Virus record (IMG/VR): IMGVR_UViG_3300028844_003248
Span: 1,540-65,539 of that record
Length of the DNA stretch: 64,000 nucleotides
Reading direction: 5' to 3' (one strand)
Source of the DNA: a virus
Lineage: Duplodnaviria > Caudoviricetes
The notes under the pieces are model-generated. The model saw only the letters and a program-made list of their open reading frames with translations, was not told the origin of the DNA and made no database searches. Position numbers and translations under genes: made by a program. Every line of letters starts with the position of its first letter. Position 1 is the first letter of the stretch. Positions 53,910 through 63,962 of the stretch are shown piece after piece.

Positions 53910-54837
53910 ATGTCTTTTTCAAATCTAAAACGCAACCGTGGTGGTATCGAAAAACTAATCAATGCCGCTGAAAAAGTAGGTGGTGGTACCACCAAATCAT
54001 ATACAGATGAGCGTATCTGGAAACCAACCGTGGACAAGGTGGGAAATGGCTATGCCGTTCTACGCTTCTTGCCAGCAGGTGAGGGTCAAGAACTTCCATG
54101 GGTTCGCTATTGGGATCATGGGTTCAAGGGACCAACTGGTAAATGGTATATCGAACGGTCTTTGACATCCATTGGAAAAGACGATCCAGTAGGAGAATTC
54201 AATTCAAAACTTTGGAACTCTGGTATCGATGCCGACAAAGAAGAAGCACGTAGGCAGAAGCGACGTCTTCACTATGTGTCGAATGTTCTTGTGGTATCTG
54301 ATCCAGCCAATCCTCATAATGAGGGTAAGGTATTCATGTATCAGTATGGTGCAAAGATCTTTGAAAAGTTGAACGATTTGATGAACCCACAGTTCGACGA
54401 TGAAACAGCAATCAATCCTTTTGATTTCTGGGAAGGTGCAAACTTCAAACTGAAGATCCGTCAGGTCGAAGGCTATCGTAACTATGATAAGTCTGAGTTT
54501 GATGGTCCGACTGAACTAGGAGCGGATGACTATTGTGAAGGTATCTACAACTCAATGCATGATCTGTCTGAATACACAGACGAAAACAACTACAAGACTT
54601 ATGCAGAACTCAAGGCAAAGCTTGAGAGTGTTCTGGGTACAACTGGTATGATGAGTATGAGCGATGAGATGAAACTCGGTAACGAGACATCTGCTGCTCC
54701 AATGCGTGAGATGCCAGCGCAGTCGATCACAGAAGTATCAAGTGATCCAGAGACTATTACTGTCTCTCTCTGTCGAAGAAACTTCAAAGGATGATGATCC
54801 AATGTCGTACTTTGCAAAGTTAGCCGCTGAAGGCTAA
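53910..54837 (+). CDS. gp32: single-stranded DNA-binding protein; apparent frameshift near 54763-54771
   Basis: DERIWKP..GNGYAVLRFLP, HGFKGPTGKWYIE, PFDFWEGANFKLKIR, NYDKSEF; conserved tail DDDPMSYFAKLA lies in the +1 frame. Confidence 0.95.
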
Positions 54838-54884
54838 CTTACACGTTTTCTTTCTTTGATCGGGTTGTGCCGTAATACACACGT

Positions 54885-54911
54885 GAGGGGCCACGGTTAG
54901 CCCCTCTTTTT
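54885..54911 (+). terminator. intrinsic terminator between convergent genes
   Basis: GAGGGGC-CACGGTTA-GCCCCTC plus T5. Confidence 0.75.
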
Positions 54912-54912
54912 A

Positions 54913-56913
54913 TTAGAAACCTGCTGGTAAATATGTTGGATCTACATTATCAAAGCCAGAACTACCGCCCATATTATAAGTATCTCCACCTCGATTATTA
55001 CTTTGGTCTATATTGGTTGAAGACGAGGTTTCTGGCGCTGGCTGAAGGTATAGAGACACTGCTGCAAATTCTTCCGCTTCTCTGAACGCTTTTGTGGATT
55101 GCCTTTGCTTGAAAGCAAACTCTGCAGAGGCACGTCTGTCATCGAAAGCATCAGCCGTGTATTTACCTGTGCTGGTGTCAAAGAAAGATCCTTGTGGTCT
55201 GCTTGCTGACCCCATATATGATAATTGCGCTCCAGTTAGAGCACGTCCACCGCTGATTTTTCCAGTTTTATTATCAATATTCATAGTTGGACCAAGCATG
55301 GCGTCTAGTTTTAGTGCTTGAGCGAGTTGTATTAACTCTGGTTTTTTCATATGCATAACATCCAACATCATTGCCATTTCTGAACCAGGCGGTCCATAGC
55401 GACCACTTAACATGGGTAAAATATCTTTTTGTATTTTAAAAACATCATCCATAGGTGCGCCACCTTGCATCAAGGCTACCATGGCTCTGAAACCTTTTTG
55501 AATTATAGGAAAATTATCTTGCATTGCTATCATTGTAGGCATTAGAGCCATTTCAGCAACAAGTAGTGGCATACTTCCAAGAACTCTAGCAGCGCCACCA
55601 GCCACTTTAGCGAGAGCTTGTCCTCCGCCAACTTTAGCGCCCTTCTGAACACCTTGCGCTGTTAACTGTAGTGCAGCCAAAGGATCTCCAGCCGCAGCAG
55701 AACCAAAGTTTACCGCCCCACCGAATCTACTTGGCATTTGATTTCTTCCACGTGGATCTTTAGCATCACTAGCAGAAGCATTTGTTTTTTGCATTGCTTC
55801 AACATTAGCTAAAACCTCCGCTTTCTTTGCAAAAATCTCCATGCCACCGGGGCGTGGCATTTTATAAGTCACTCGTCCAGTTTTATCAATAACTCTTCTA
55901 TATCCAGCATCACTCAGGTCAGCATCGGATATTTTTCCTAACCTTAGATCCAAAGGATTAGCTTTTGGTGTAGCCAACGGCCTTGGAGCCGTTGTCTGCA
56001 CATTTGGGCCGTCTGGAAGAACTCTAGGTGCCCTGTCTGCATCGAGATTTGTCCCACGTGGATCTCCAGCATCAGCAGCAGCGTTTAACGCTATTCTTGC
56101 ATTTGCGGCTTCAATGGCCTTTGTGCGCTGCAGCCTCTTGGCTGCTTTTGCTTCTTGAATAATTCTATTTTGATTTGCAATGCGTTCCGCTCTATTGAAT
56201 CTTTCTGTTTCTACCGCTACTTTTGATCTTCGTACTTCTTCTGCTTGCTTGAACTTTTCATCCGCTTGTTGCATTTTTTGACGAGCCTCTTGAAATTTTT
56301 TATCTCTTTCTGCTCTAATAGATTCAGCACGTAGGCGTTTTGCCTCTCGTGCAGTTCGTGCTTCTATTTGTTTAAATTCTTTTAGTTGTGCTCTTTCAAT
56401 ACGTTTCCGTGCCTTTGTTTCTTCTACTAATCGTTTCTTTTCTATCTGTGCTTTTCTTTTAAATTCATCGGCTTCTAATCTAGCAATACCACGTTGTGTT
56501 TTAACTCTATCGTCAAACTGATTTTTTAAACCTCTTACTGATTCTGCTAAACCTTTAAGTGCTAATCGAATAGACCCAATCAACAAACGAAACGTCACTC
56601 TTGCAGCACCTAATCCCAATGCTCCTAGAAGTCCTGCTGCTGTAATCGTTTTTAAACTTGGAAACCCTCCTGATTTAGTAGATTTTCTAGTAGCCGAAGC
56701 CTTTGCCAGACCACCAGCCATAAATGATCCAACACCTTTTTTTCTTTCACGACGATCCTCAAGGTCATCCAATCTTCTTCTTGACATTTCAAGAAGAAAC
56801 TTCTTTAAATTATTATCAATAGAAGTTAACTTTTGGTTACCTTCTTCTTGATTGTCAATGATAACAGAGTCGTTACCTTTAATCAGCGCACCGATTTCTT
56901 TTAAACTGGACAT
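54913..56913 (-). CDS. putative tape measure/baseplate hub protein (gp29 position)
   Basis: 666 aa, Ala/Gly-rich with a long coiled coil; directly downstream of gp26/gp51. Confidence 0.55.
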   Translation of the reverse strand: MSSLKEIGALIKGNDSVIIDNQEEGNQKLTSIDNNLKKFLLEMSRRRLDDLEDRRERKKGVGSFMAGGLAKASATRKSTKSGGFPSLKTITAAGLLGALGLGAARVTFRLLIGSIRLALKGLAESVRGLKNQFDDRVKTQRGIARLEADEFKRKAQIEKKRLVEETKARKRIERAQLKEFKQIEARTAREAKRLRAESIRAERDKKFQEARQKMQQADEKFKQAEEVRRSKVAVETERFNRAERIANQNRIIQEAKAAKRLQRTKAIEAANARIALNAAADAGDPRGTNLDADRAPRVLPDGPNVQTTAPRPLATPKANPLDLRLGKISDADLSDAGYRRVIDKTGRVTYKMPRPGGMEIFAKKAEVLANVEAMQKTNASASDAKDPRGRNQMPSRFGGAVNFGSAAAGDPLAALQLTAQGVQKGAKVGGGQALAKVAGGAARVLGSMPLLVAEMALMPTMIAMQDNFPIIQKGFRAMVALMQGGAPMDDVFKIQKDILPMLSGRYGPPGSEMAMMLDVMHMKKPELIQLAQALKLDAMLGPTMNIDNKTGKISGGRALTGAQLSYMGSASRPQGSFFDTSTGKYTADAFDDRRASAEFAFKQRQSTKAFREAEEFAAVSLYLQPAPETSSSTNIDQSNNRGGDTYNMGGSSGFDNVDPTYLPAGF

Positions 56914-57095
56914 TATTGTGTGGCCTTTAGTTGTTGTTGTTCTTGCTTCAATTGATTAACCAATAGTGTCAAATAAATCTCCCTTTCCCATGGTATCATA
57001 CTACAAATATTATCAAGCGAGTAGTTATGTTTTTCCATCAATAAAAAATTCGTTTCAAAATGGCTTACCAATGTTTCATGAGAAAGGGCTATTCG
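56913..57095 (-). CDS. gp51: gp51-like baseplate hub assembly protein (frame shown; internal ATG at 57038)
   Basis: RIALSHETLVSHFETNFLLMEKHNYSLDNICSMIPWEREIYL; MIPWEREIY is the hallmark. Confidence 0.8.
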   Translation of the reverse strand, partial: RIALSHETLVSHFETNFLLMEKHNYSLDNICSMIPWEREIYLTLLVNQLKQEQQQLKATQ

Positions 57096-57802
57096 AAAAA
57101 ATTCTGCATTCCCATTATCATAGTTTCGTTTTCATGAGCGCACTCATCACATTTAAATTTTATATCGAGTTTCAACTGAGGCATATTCAAAACAAAGTTG
57201 CTTAGTTTTTCATATTGTTTCTGTGTCATGCCATTGACAAACTCTTCTAGTTCTTCTCTTGTTTCATCTTTTACAATAACTCTTTCATCTTCTGTCAACA
57301 CTGCTTCAATGCTACTCAAAATTAAATCGTAAAGCCTTGTTACATCACTTTCAGGTTCTTCATCACTGCTGTTCAGTGTATCAAAGTATGATATGTACCT
57401 CATTTGCAGAGAAACATCCTTAGTTAAGTCAATGATATAAGATTTTTTCTCAGGGGTATCAACACTTACCTCATTTAAGTTTACATTGACTTCTTGTTCA
57501 TGCTCACAATTAGAACATAGCATAATCAAATCTACCGTTTCACCAACAGATTTGGATCTAATGTTGAGAAACAAATATTCAGCATCAAATGATGGTAAAT
57601 TTCTTACATCTATATCATCATCTATACAACTTTCGATTATATCTAATGTTGCGCTTATGATCTGCTTTTCTTCTTTAGTTTCAGAAGCAATCATTAAAAC
57701 CTTTTCTTCTCCAACAAGATAAGGTCTGAATCTTGTTTTCTTGCCAGTTGACGGTATGGTGATATCATACATTGGCGTATTGTTTAATTTAGGCAGTGCC
57801 AT
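57089..57802 (-). CDS. gp26: baseplate hub subunit/assembly chaperone
   Basis: MALPKL..RPYLVGEEKVL..FDAEYLFLNIRSKSVGE; CxxC; ends NFFE. Confidence 0.9.
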   Translation of the reverse strand: MALPKLNNTPMYDITIPSTGKKTRFRPYLVGEEKVLMIASETKEEKQIISATLDIIESCIDDDIDVRNLPSFDAEYLFLNIRSKSVGETVDLIMLCSNCEHEQEVNVNLNEVSVDTPEKKSYIIDLTKDVSLQMRYISYFDTLNSSDEEPESDVTRLYDLILSSIEAVLTEDERVIVKDETREELEEFVNGMTQKQYEKLSNFVLNMPQLKLDIKFKCDECAHENETMIMGMQNFFE

Positions 57803-57831
57803 TTCATGTTTTCCTTATAATATAGCTATTA

Positions 57832-58639
57832 TTAATATGGTCCAGACGTTCCAGTACGACGAACACTAGGGGGTGGATTGTTTGGATATGTTGTTGTAAC
57901 TGGTTTTGTTACATTGGTTGGTCTTGATTTCGGTCTCACTGATGTTGCTGGTGCACCACTTGCACTTGGAATAAGATTATTGGTAACTGTCGGTTTCGAT
58001 GGAGTAAAGTTAGATCTCCAGTTTTTATACGAAAGCTGGATCTGTAACTGCATCACATCTCCCATTGCGTTTCCAAGTTCAACTGCACTCATAGTAGTAC
58101 AAAATGCTTTTTCTAATGTACACTCATAGACAACTGCCTCTCTAAAGATTGGTAGATCGATATCTAACTCACCTTGTGCAAGATCAAGAGATCCTATCTT
58201 TGGTAGTCTGTTTTGTATTTCTGCTGGTAGTATAGGCAATCCTAAAGGTGTATATCGGTAATGTAAACCCTCTTTTTAGCTGTTGGATTTTAACATCAAA
58301 TGTATACTCACTGTGGTAGTTTGGTTCTAGAGTGTTTGGATCGAGTGCAAGTGCTTGCCATGATTCAAAATAGTTTTTAATACCGTAATCATTGAGAAGC
58401 AAGAACGTCATGTTTACATCGTCATATGCTTGGTCATATGCGACCTTCTGCATTATCGTACCAATTTTTCTTTCTTGTGTCATGATCTGACGACCTGGCA
58501 GGTTTACATTAGAACACAATAGATTTATTTCTCTGCTTGTGGCACCTGGCATAGACGGTAAAAATACTCTGTAGATATTACCTTTTGCTATACCACTACT
58601 CTTTGATACCAAACCTTTGAGATCTTCAATTCTAGCCAT
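57832..58639 (-). CDS. tail-tube-like baseplate subunit (gp54/gp19-like), split by an apparent frameshift near 58250
   Basis: N-half LCSNVNLPGR..FESWQ..IQQL; C-half YECTLEKAFCTTMSAVELG..LSYKNW; halves overlap in different frames. Confidence 0.7.
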
Positions 58640-59222
58640 TGATCTTCATCCTTGAATCTTTGTAGATATTTGATTTGGAACTCTTCTCAAAATCTGCGGT
58701 TGGTAGAAATGTTGCTATTTCCCATTCGGGTGCTTCGACATTAGCAAAACGTGATCTCACATGATCGTTAAGATAGTGTTTGTAGCAAGCCTTAAAATAT
58801 TTCAACTTAGCTGCTCTTTGCAACATGCTATAGTTGACTTGAAACTTTGTCGTCTCGTCGTATCTCTTATTGTTCATGGTGTCCATAAGACCATCGAGAA
58901 ACTTGGCTCTCAGTGTTGGGGGCAGATAGTGCAAGTTCAGCCCATAGAATCCACCCTCGGCTGGACCGACCATAATGATGAGTGGAAACCTATCATAGTA
59001 TGGCAAAGTCTTCTTGTGCTTTGGATCATAGTAGAACATGTACATCTTACCTGCACCTACTCGGTTTTTCAAGTTAACTTGCTCATCTCTCATGAGTGAT
59101 GCTCTGTTGATAGATCTCATATTAGCCACACGCCTACGAAACCACGCTTGAGACTCTTTAGTTCTCGGTGTGATTCCCTTGCGGAATGCTTCCATTTCTA
59201 GTTTATTAAAGAGATTACTCAT
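58632..59222 (-). CDS. gp2: DNA end protector protein
   Basis: GKMYMFYYDPKHKKTLPYYDRFPL, GLNLHYLPP, FLPTADF. Confidence 0.92.
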   Translation of the reverse strand: MSNLFNKLEMEAFRKGITPRTKESQAWFRRRVANMRSINRASLMRDEQVNLKNRVGAGKMYMFYYDPKHKKTLPYYDRFPLIIMVGPAEGGFYGLNLHYLPPTLRAKFLDGLMDTMNNKRYDETTKFQVNYSMLQRAAKLKYFKACYKHYLNDHVRSRFANVEAPEWEIATFLPTADFEKSSKSNIYKDSRMKING

Positions 59223-59247
59223 CTATGGTTCCTATTTTTCATAATGT

Positions 59248-59255
59248 TATTTATA
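59248..59255 (-). promoter_or_regulatory. T4-type late promoter for gp2
   Basis: TATAAATA on the minus strand, about 25 nt upstream of the ATG. Confidence 0.75.
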
Positions 59256-59741
59256 TCATTTTTTCACCTTTTTTCTTTTAAAAGGCTTCAAAGGCTTAGT
59301 AGACTTTGGTTTGATACCCATACTCTCAAGAGTATTCTCAGTCCATATCACAAACTCCCAGTTACGATCTTTTGCGTACCTCTTGGCTGCTTTCCATTTA
59401 TTGACATTTTTTACGTAGGTTAAACCTTCGTTGATGTATCTCTTGGTCTTCTTGCCAGGATTTACAGGGGGCTTGGTTTCTTTGTCTGGCTTTATCTCAA
59501 TAAGTACAGTCTTTCCTGAGATAAAGGTTACCTTTAAATCAACAAAGTATCTATGGTATTTTTTATCGACTTCGTAATAGTATGGAACTACTACTTCCTC
59601 GGAACTCCATGCTTTGATTTCAGAATTTTCGTCGCACCACTTGAAGCACCACTTCTCCCACATAGATCGGTACACTACCTTGGTATGATCTCCTTGATAC
59701 TTCTTGGGGTTCTTAACAGTATATTTTCCAGAATAAGCCAT
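59256..59741 (-). CDS. gp4: head completion nuclease
   Basis: MAYSGKY..NPKKYQGD..YRSMWE..WSSEE..HRYFVD..EIKP..KWKAA. Confidence 0.92.
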   Translation of the reverse strand: MAYSGKYTVKNPKKYQGDHTKVVYRSMWEKWCFKWCDENSEIKAWSSEEVVVPYYYEVDKKYHRYFVDLKVTFISGKTVLIEIKPDKETKPPVNPGKKTKRYINEGLTYVKNVNKWKAAKRYAKDRNWEFVIWTENTLESMGIKPKSTKPLKPFKRKKVKK

Positions 59742-59750
59742 GATTTCCAA

Positions 59751-59782
59751 TATAAATAACAACAACAGATCACATATTTATA
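59751..59782. promoter_or_regulatory. pair of face-to-face T4 late promoters
   Basis: TATAAATA on + at 59751-59758 (for gp48) and on - at 59775-59782 (for gp4). Confidence 0.75.
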
Positions 59783-59791
59783 AGGTAAGAC

Positions 59792-60853
59792 ATGGCAAAT
59801 ACATTGAGATATCCCTATGAAGACCCAGATGATTACAAGGGAACAATTGTTTTTAAGGTTGTGAATGAAGATGCTATACGTCAAGCGGCTGTGTCTGCAA
59901 TAGAAGCATCTGCCTCTGCTGTTTATAATATAGGAAGTGGCGAATATGATGCGGCTGTAGAATTGCTAGAGAATGTTCAACGTAGTGCAGTATTAGCAGA
60001 TCGTATAGATCCAAAAAAATTGAAAGAAGCGCAAGATACAGTGGCGGGTTTCAGAGACATAAGAAACCCATCCAGAGATGTTGGCGTAACCTCTATTGAG
60101 AATGATTTAAATCTACCGACTAAAAACACTGCTGAATGCCCATATGTACAACTATATTTACCTACGGCGTTTCAGCTTCAAGATGCAGTTGAATTCGAAA
60201 ACTTTGAGTTAGGAAGAGTAGGGGCTGTAGCAGAAAAACTAATCACAGACGGTGTAGGATTAGGTAGTGCTGCCTTTAATGCCGCTGCCGCAGGTCTAGA
60301 AGCGTTTAAGAATGCTCCATCCGCTCTAACAAAACAAATAGATTTATCAGATCCAGCAGCAGGTCTTATAGGACAAAGTGTAGCAAAAAAAGTCGGTCTC
60401 GGTAAGCTTGGTTACGGAGAAGAACTTAGTGGTGCAGTTAGGAGTGTTACAGGCACTCAGTTCAATCCTAATACAAGAGCATTGTTTAAGTCTGTGCCTT
60501 TGAGAAGTTTTAACTTCAACTTCGTGATGGTTCCTACTAGTAAGGCAGAAGCAGAACAAGCAAAACGTATAGTAAGGCATTTTAGAGAGGAGTTATATCC
60601 GACAGGACTAGATATGGCTGGTATCAACTATGGGTACAAGTTTCCTAACAGATTCGTTATTGAGACCAAGTACAACGATGTCACAATAGCTGGACTTAAA
60701 TTTTTGCCAGCATATTTAACTGGAGTTTCCACTACATATAACACACAAGGTATGTCTTTCCATTCGGATGGTAACTTTTCGTCAACTTCGATTACCCTTA
60801 ACTTCACAGAGTCTAAAGCACTCATGAAACAACACATACAGGCGGATTTCTAA
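59792..60853 (+). CDS. gp48: baseplate tail tube cap
   Basis: LRYP, LYLP, NPNTRALFKSVPLRSFNFNF..P.S..EA, LNFTE. Confidence 0.8.
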   Translation: MANTLRYPYEDPDDYKGTIVFKVVNEDAIRQAAVSAIEASASAVYNIGSGEYDAAVELLENVQRSAVLADRIDPKKLKEAQDTVAGFRDIRNPSRDVGVTSIENDLNLPTKNTAECPYVQLYLPTAFQLQDAVEFENFELGRVGAVAEKLITDGVGLGSAAFNAAAAGLEAFKNAPSALTKQIDLSDPAAGLIGQSVAKKVGLGKLGYGEELSGAVRSVTGTQFNPNTRALFKSVPLRSFNFNFVMVPTSKAEAEQAKRIVRHFREELYPTGLDMAGINYGYKFPNRFVIETKYNDVTIAGLKFLPAYLTGVSTTYNTQGMSFHSDGNFSSTSITLNFTESKALMKQHIQADF

Positions 60854-61575
60854 TGTCAAACTTTTTTAGAAACTTCCCAATTATAACATATACCTTTGGT
60901 AATGAAACAGATAGGGTTTTATTTGAAAATATTTCTGTCTATATCAAGATCATTGATAAACTAAAAGATAATATTGCTTTCTATGAAACCGAGTTTATTA
61001 ATGATTTTGAAAGACCAGATACGCTATCAAATAAGTTGTATGGCACAACTGATTATTATTGGACATTTTATTACTTGAATAATGATGTAAGAGAATCTGG
61101 ATGGCCTCTTGCTGAACTGGAAATACAAGAGAAACTCAAAGCAGACTATCCACACAGAACCATTGTTACTCAGACTCCTATAGCATCTGCAATCAAAGTA
61201 GGCGATACTGTGGTAGGGCAGACATCTGGCTCTACAGGAACAGTCATAAAAAAGTTTATTGATCTTGGTCAAGTAGTGGTAAAATGTCCAGATAACTTTG
61301 CAGTGGGTGAACTCGTTGTGCCAAACAATCGGATTGCCGATACTATCACGGTTTCCAGTGAGGGGGTTCAGTACGACTCTGTTCACCATTATGAGAACTC
61401 TTCTGGAGAATATGTGGACATAGATCCATTGAGTCCTTCTCTTGGTGGGCTTACACCTATCACATACTCGAACAGAGTGTATGCCAAGAATGATGCTTTG
61501 AGAGAACTAAAGGTTATGAAACCAAACGTAGCTACTCAAGTCCAAGCTGAATATAATAGACTATTGAAAGGTTAA
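60853..61575 (+). CDS. gp53: baseplate wedge subunit
   Basis: FRNFP.I.Y, ERPDTLS..LYG...YYW, WPL, VHHYE. Confidence 0.85.
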   Translation: MSNFFRNFPIITYTFGNETDRVLFENISVYIKIIDKLKDNIAFYETEFINDFERPDTLSNKLYGTTDYYWTFYYLNNDVRESGWPLAELEIQEKLKADYPHRTIVTQTPIASAIKVGDTVVGQTSGSTGTVIKKFIDLGQVVVKCPDNFAVGELVVPNNRIADTITVSSEGVQYDSVHHYENSSGEYVDIDPLSPSLGGLTPITYSNRVYAKNDALRELKVMKPNVATQVQAEYNRLLKG

Positions 61576-61578
61576 CAT

Positions 61579-62952
61579 ATGTCGCTTCGACCATCCCCTG
61601 CGATTCAATCGGCATCTGATTATAATCTCGATCAACTAGTCTACATGCCTAACGGTAGAGAGAGTGACAGATCTAATGTAAAACTTGGCAAGTCTGTGTT
61701 TCAAGTTGATATATATGAACACTTGGACAGACCTTTTCTATCAGGTCAGATTATTATTAAAGATGATATCAAGCTATATGATACTCTTTTTAATGTGAAT
61801 GGCACCGAAAGACTTTTACTCATATTTTCTGATGCTGAAAATAATAGCTCTATTAGCAAAAGGTTTGTACTCCGTAAAATATCAGCTACAAAAAAGACAG
61901 ATGAAACATCCGAAGTTATTATTTTCGGTATTATTGATGAGACATATTTTTTAGATACTGTTTCTAGATTTAGTAAAGCCTACAAAGGAACACCTGATCA
62001 GATTATTAAAAATATTTTAAAGGACAAGTTACAGAGAGATCTGATTCTTCCAAACGAACTTCCTTTTCAAGAACCTATGAAGGTTGTAGTTCCATATTTG
62101 ACTCCGTTCCAAGCAGCACAATGGGTTACAAATAGAGCATCTACAGAGCATGGATTTCCTTATTACTTGTATGCAACCCTTTTTGATGATGATCTTGTAC
62201 TAAAATCATTAGAGGATATGTTCAAAGAGGATGCATGGAACCTAAAACTTCATAAAGGAAAATCTTTTGAATACTCTCAGGCTAGAAATGCACAAAATAC
62301 TTCTTTGGTGACCGAATCTCAGTTATATAATATTATAAATTTTAAACAAGGCAATAATGAAGATACGTTACATCTTTTAGAAAGAGGTGCAGTAGGAGCC
62401 TCTTACAATGTGCTTGATGCAACTACTGGGGTAAAAGAATCATTTAGATTTAATGCAGAGCAACTTTATAGAGATACTATAATGAGCAATGATTTGCTTG
62501 GAGAGAACACAAAAAATATGTTGTCGATTTTAGATGATAATAGTACCTTTGGTGAAGAGAATTTTAAGCTAAGTGATAAGGATGGTCAATCGTTTGACCG
62601 TATCGTTATGACTAATACATATAATGACATAAACAATTATTACAATGAAAAACAAGTGAGCGGATACAACAAAGATGCAACAGCAAAAGCTTTGAAAAAT
62701 ATCATAGGTAAATCTAGTGCTTCTATAGAAGTTGGTGGTGCTATATTCATGGGTGGGGAAAGAAACAGAACCATAGGTACTAAGATTGATGTAGTTTTCC
62801 CAAATAACGATCCAGAAGGTATACTCAAGGGTAATACAAAAGATTTAAAAAGGTCTGGTGAATATATTATTCATTCTCTTCGACATATATTTTCTGATGA
62901 ACGTCATGTCATTAGTGCCAATCTAATAAAACTAGGAAACTTGAAAGCATGA
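61579..62952 (+). CDS. putative baseplate hub protein (gp27-like)
   Basis: Between gp53 and gp5; IYEHLD.PFLSG, SKAYKG, SGEYIIHSLRH. Confidence 0.6.
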   Translation: MSLRPSPAIQSASDYNLDQLVYMPNGRESDRSNVKLGKSVFQVDIYEHLDRPFLSGQIIIKDDIKLYDTLFNVNGTERLLLIFSDAENNSSISKRFVLRKISATKKTDETSEVIIFGIIDETYFLDTVSRFSKAYKGTPDQIIKNILKDKLQRDLILPNELPFQEPMKVVVPYLTPFQAAQWVTNRASTEHGFPYYLYATLFDDDLVLKSLEDMFKEDAWNLKLHKGKSFEYSQARNAQNTSLVTESQLYNIINFKQGNNEDTLHLLERGAVGASYNVLDATTGVKESFRFNAEQLYRDTIMSNDLLGENTKNMLSILDDNSTFGEENFKLSDKDGQSFDRIVMTNTYNDINNYYNEKQVSGYNKDATAKALKNIIGKSSASIEVGGAIFMGGERNRTIGTKIDVVFPNNDPEGILKGNTKDLKRSGEYIIHSLRHIFSDERHVISANLIKLGNLKA

Positions 62953-63959
62953 GTGAGCGCAGCACAATCACAGGACCGAATACCTCAATCTTCTATGGAG
63001 ACAAACCTATACGTTGGTTTGTGGGAACTGTTATCGAAAAGGGAAATGATGAACCAAGGCTTGGTAGGGTAAAGGTTCGTATTGAAGGTGTTCATGGACC
63101 AGAGGTATCGAATGCTGATATACCATATGCACAAGTCTTAATACCTACCACAGAAGCAGGAACATCTGGTCTCGGTTGGAACTCGGCACTCGAACGATCT
63201 GCTACGGTATTTGGTATTTTTCTAGATGGCAAACAGTCTCAGCTACCTCTTGTATTAGGATCTATTCCAGTGGTGCATATGGCTAGTGCTACACAAATTG
63301 CAGAAGGTGTGGCATGGAGTAGTGACGGTTCACCTGGTGTTGGTGCACCAGCAACAGTTAGCAGTGCGCTGTCTGGTCCTCCTAGTAGTTTTGTGCTAGA
63401 TCCAAATATAGAATATGGAAGCAATATACAATACGCTTGGTCCTACTTTCGAAAGAATGAGATCTTTAGTGATATTGCAATCGCTGCACTCATAGGAAAC
63501 TTTTGTGTCGAGTCAGGAAGAGGATCTCCTTTTGATATCCAACCAGCCGCAAAAGGTGATATCGGATTAAAAAGACCAGAGGATGTTTCGCTTGGTATTG
63601 CTCAATGGTATAATGGCACACCACGGCAGAGAAATCTAATCAGTTTCGCTAAAGCTAAAGGTGGTAGTGCATTTGATCTTTCTATACAGCTACAGTTTGT
63701 AGAGCATGAATGGACTACTGATCCTTTTTTTAATCTTACACGATTAAACAATTACAAACAGCTTTCAAAAGCAACTGTCTATGTTCATCAATGGTATGAA
63801 ACACCTGCGGTAGTTAAAGGTGCAAAAAGTATACACCCAGAAGATACCTTTCCAACAAATAGTGGTGATCAAAGGCTGAAAGAATCGGCTAGGATCGGAT
63901 ATGCTCGTGATGTGTTCGATACATTTACAAGATCAAAACCAACAACAGAAACGGCATAA
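62949..63959 (+). CDS. gp5: gp5 N-terminal OB-fold fused to a phage tail lysozyme-like domain
   Basis: WFVGTV..LGRVKVRI.GVH, VFGIFLDG..QLPLVLGS; AALIGNF..ES..GIAQW..R. Confidence 0.8.
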   Translation: MSERSTITGPNTSIFYGDKPIRWFVGTVIEKGNDEPRLGRVKVRIEGVHGPEVSNADIPYAQVLIPTTEAGTSGLGWNSALERSATVFGIFLDGKQSQLPLVLGSIPVVHMASATQIAEGVAWSSDGSPGVGAPATVSSALSGPPSSFVLDPNIEYGSNIQYAWSYFRKNEIFSDIAIAALIGNFCVESGRGSPFDIQPAAKGDIGLKRPEDVSLGIAQWYNGTPRQRNLISFAKAKGGSAFDLSIQLQFVEHEWTTDPFFNLTRLNNYKQLSKATVYVHQWYETPAVVKGAKSIHPEDTFPTNSGDQRLKESARIGYARDVFDTFTRSKPTTETA

Positions 63960-63962
63960 AAA

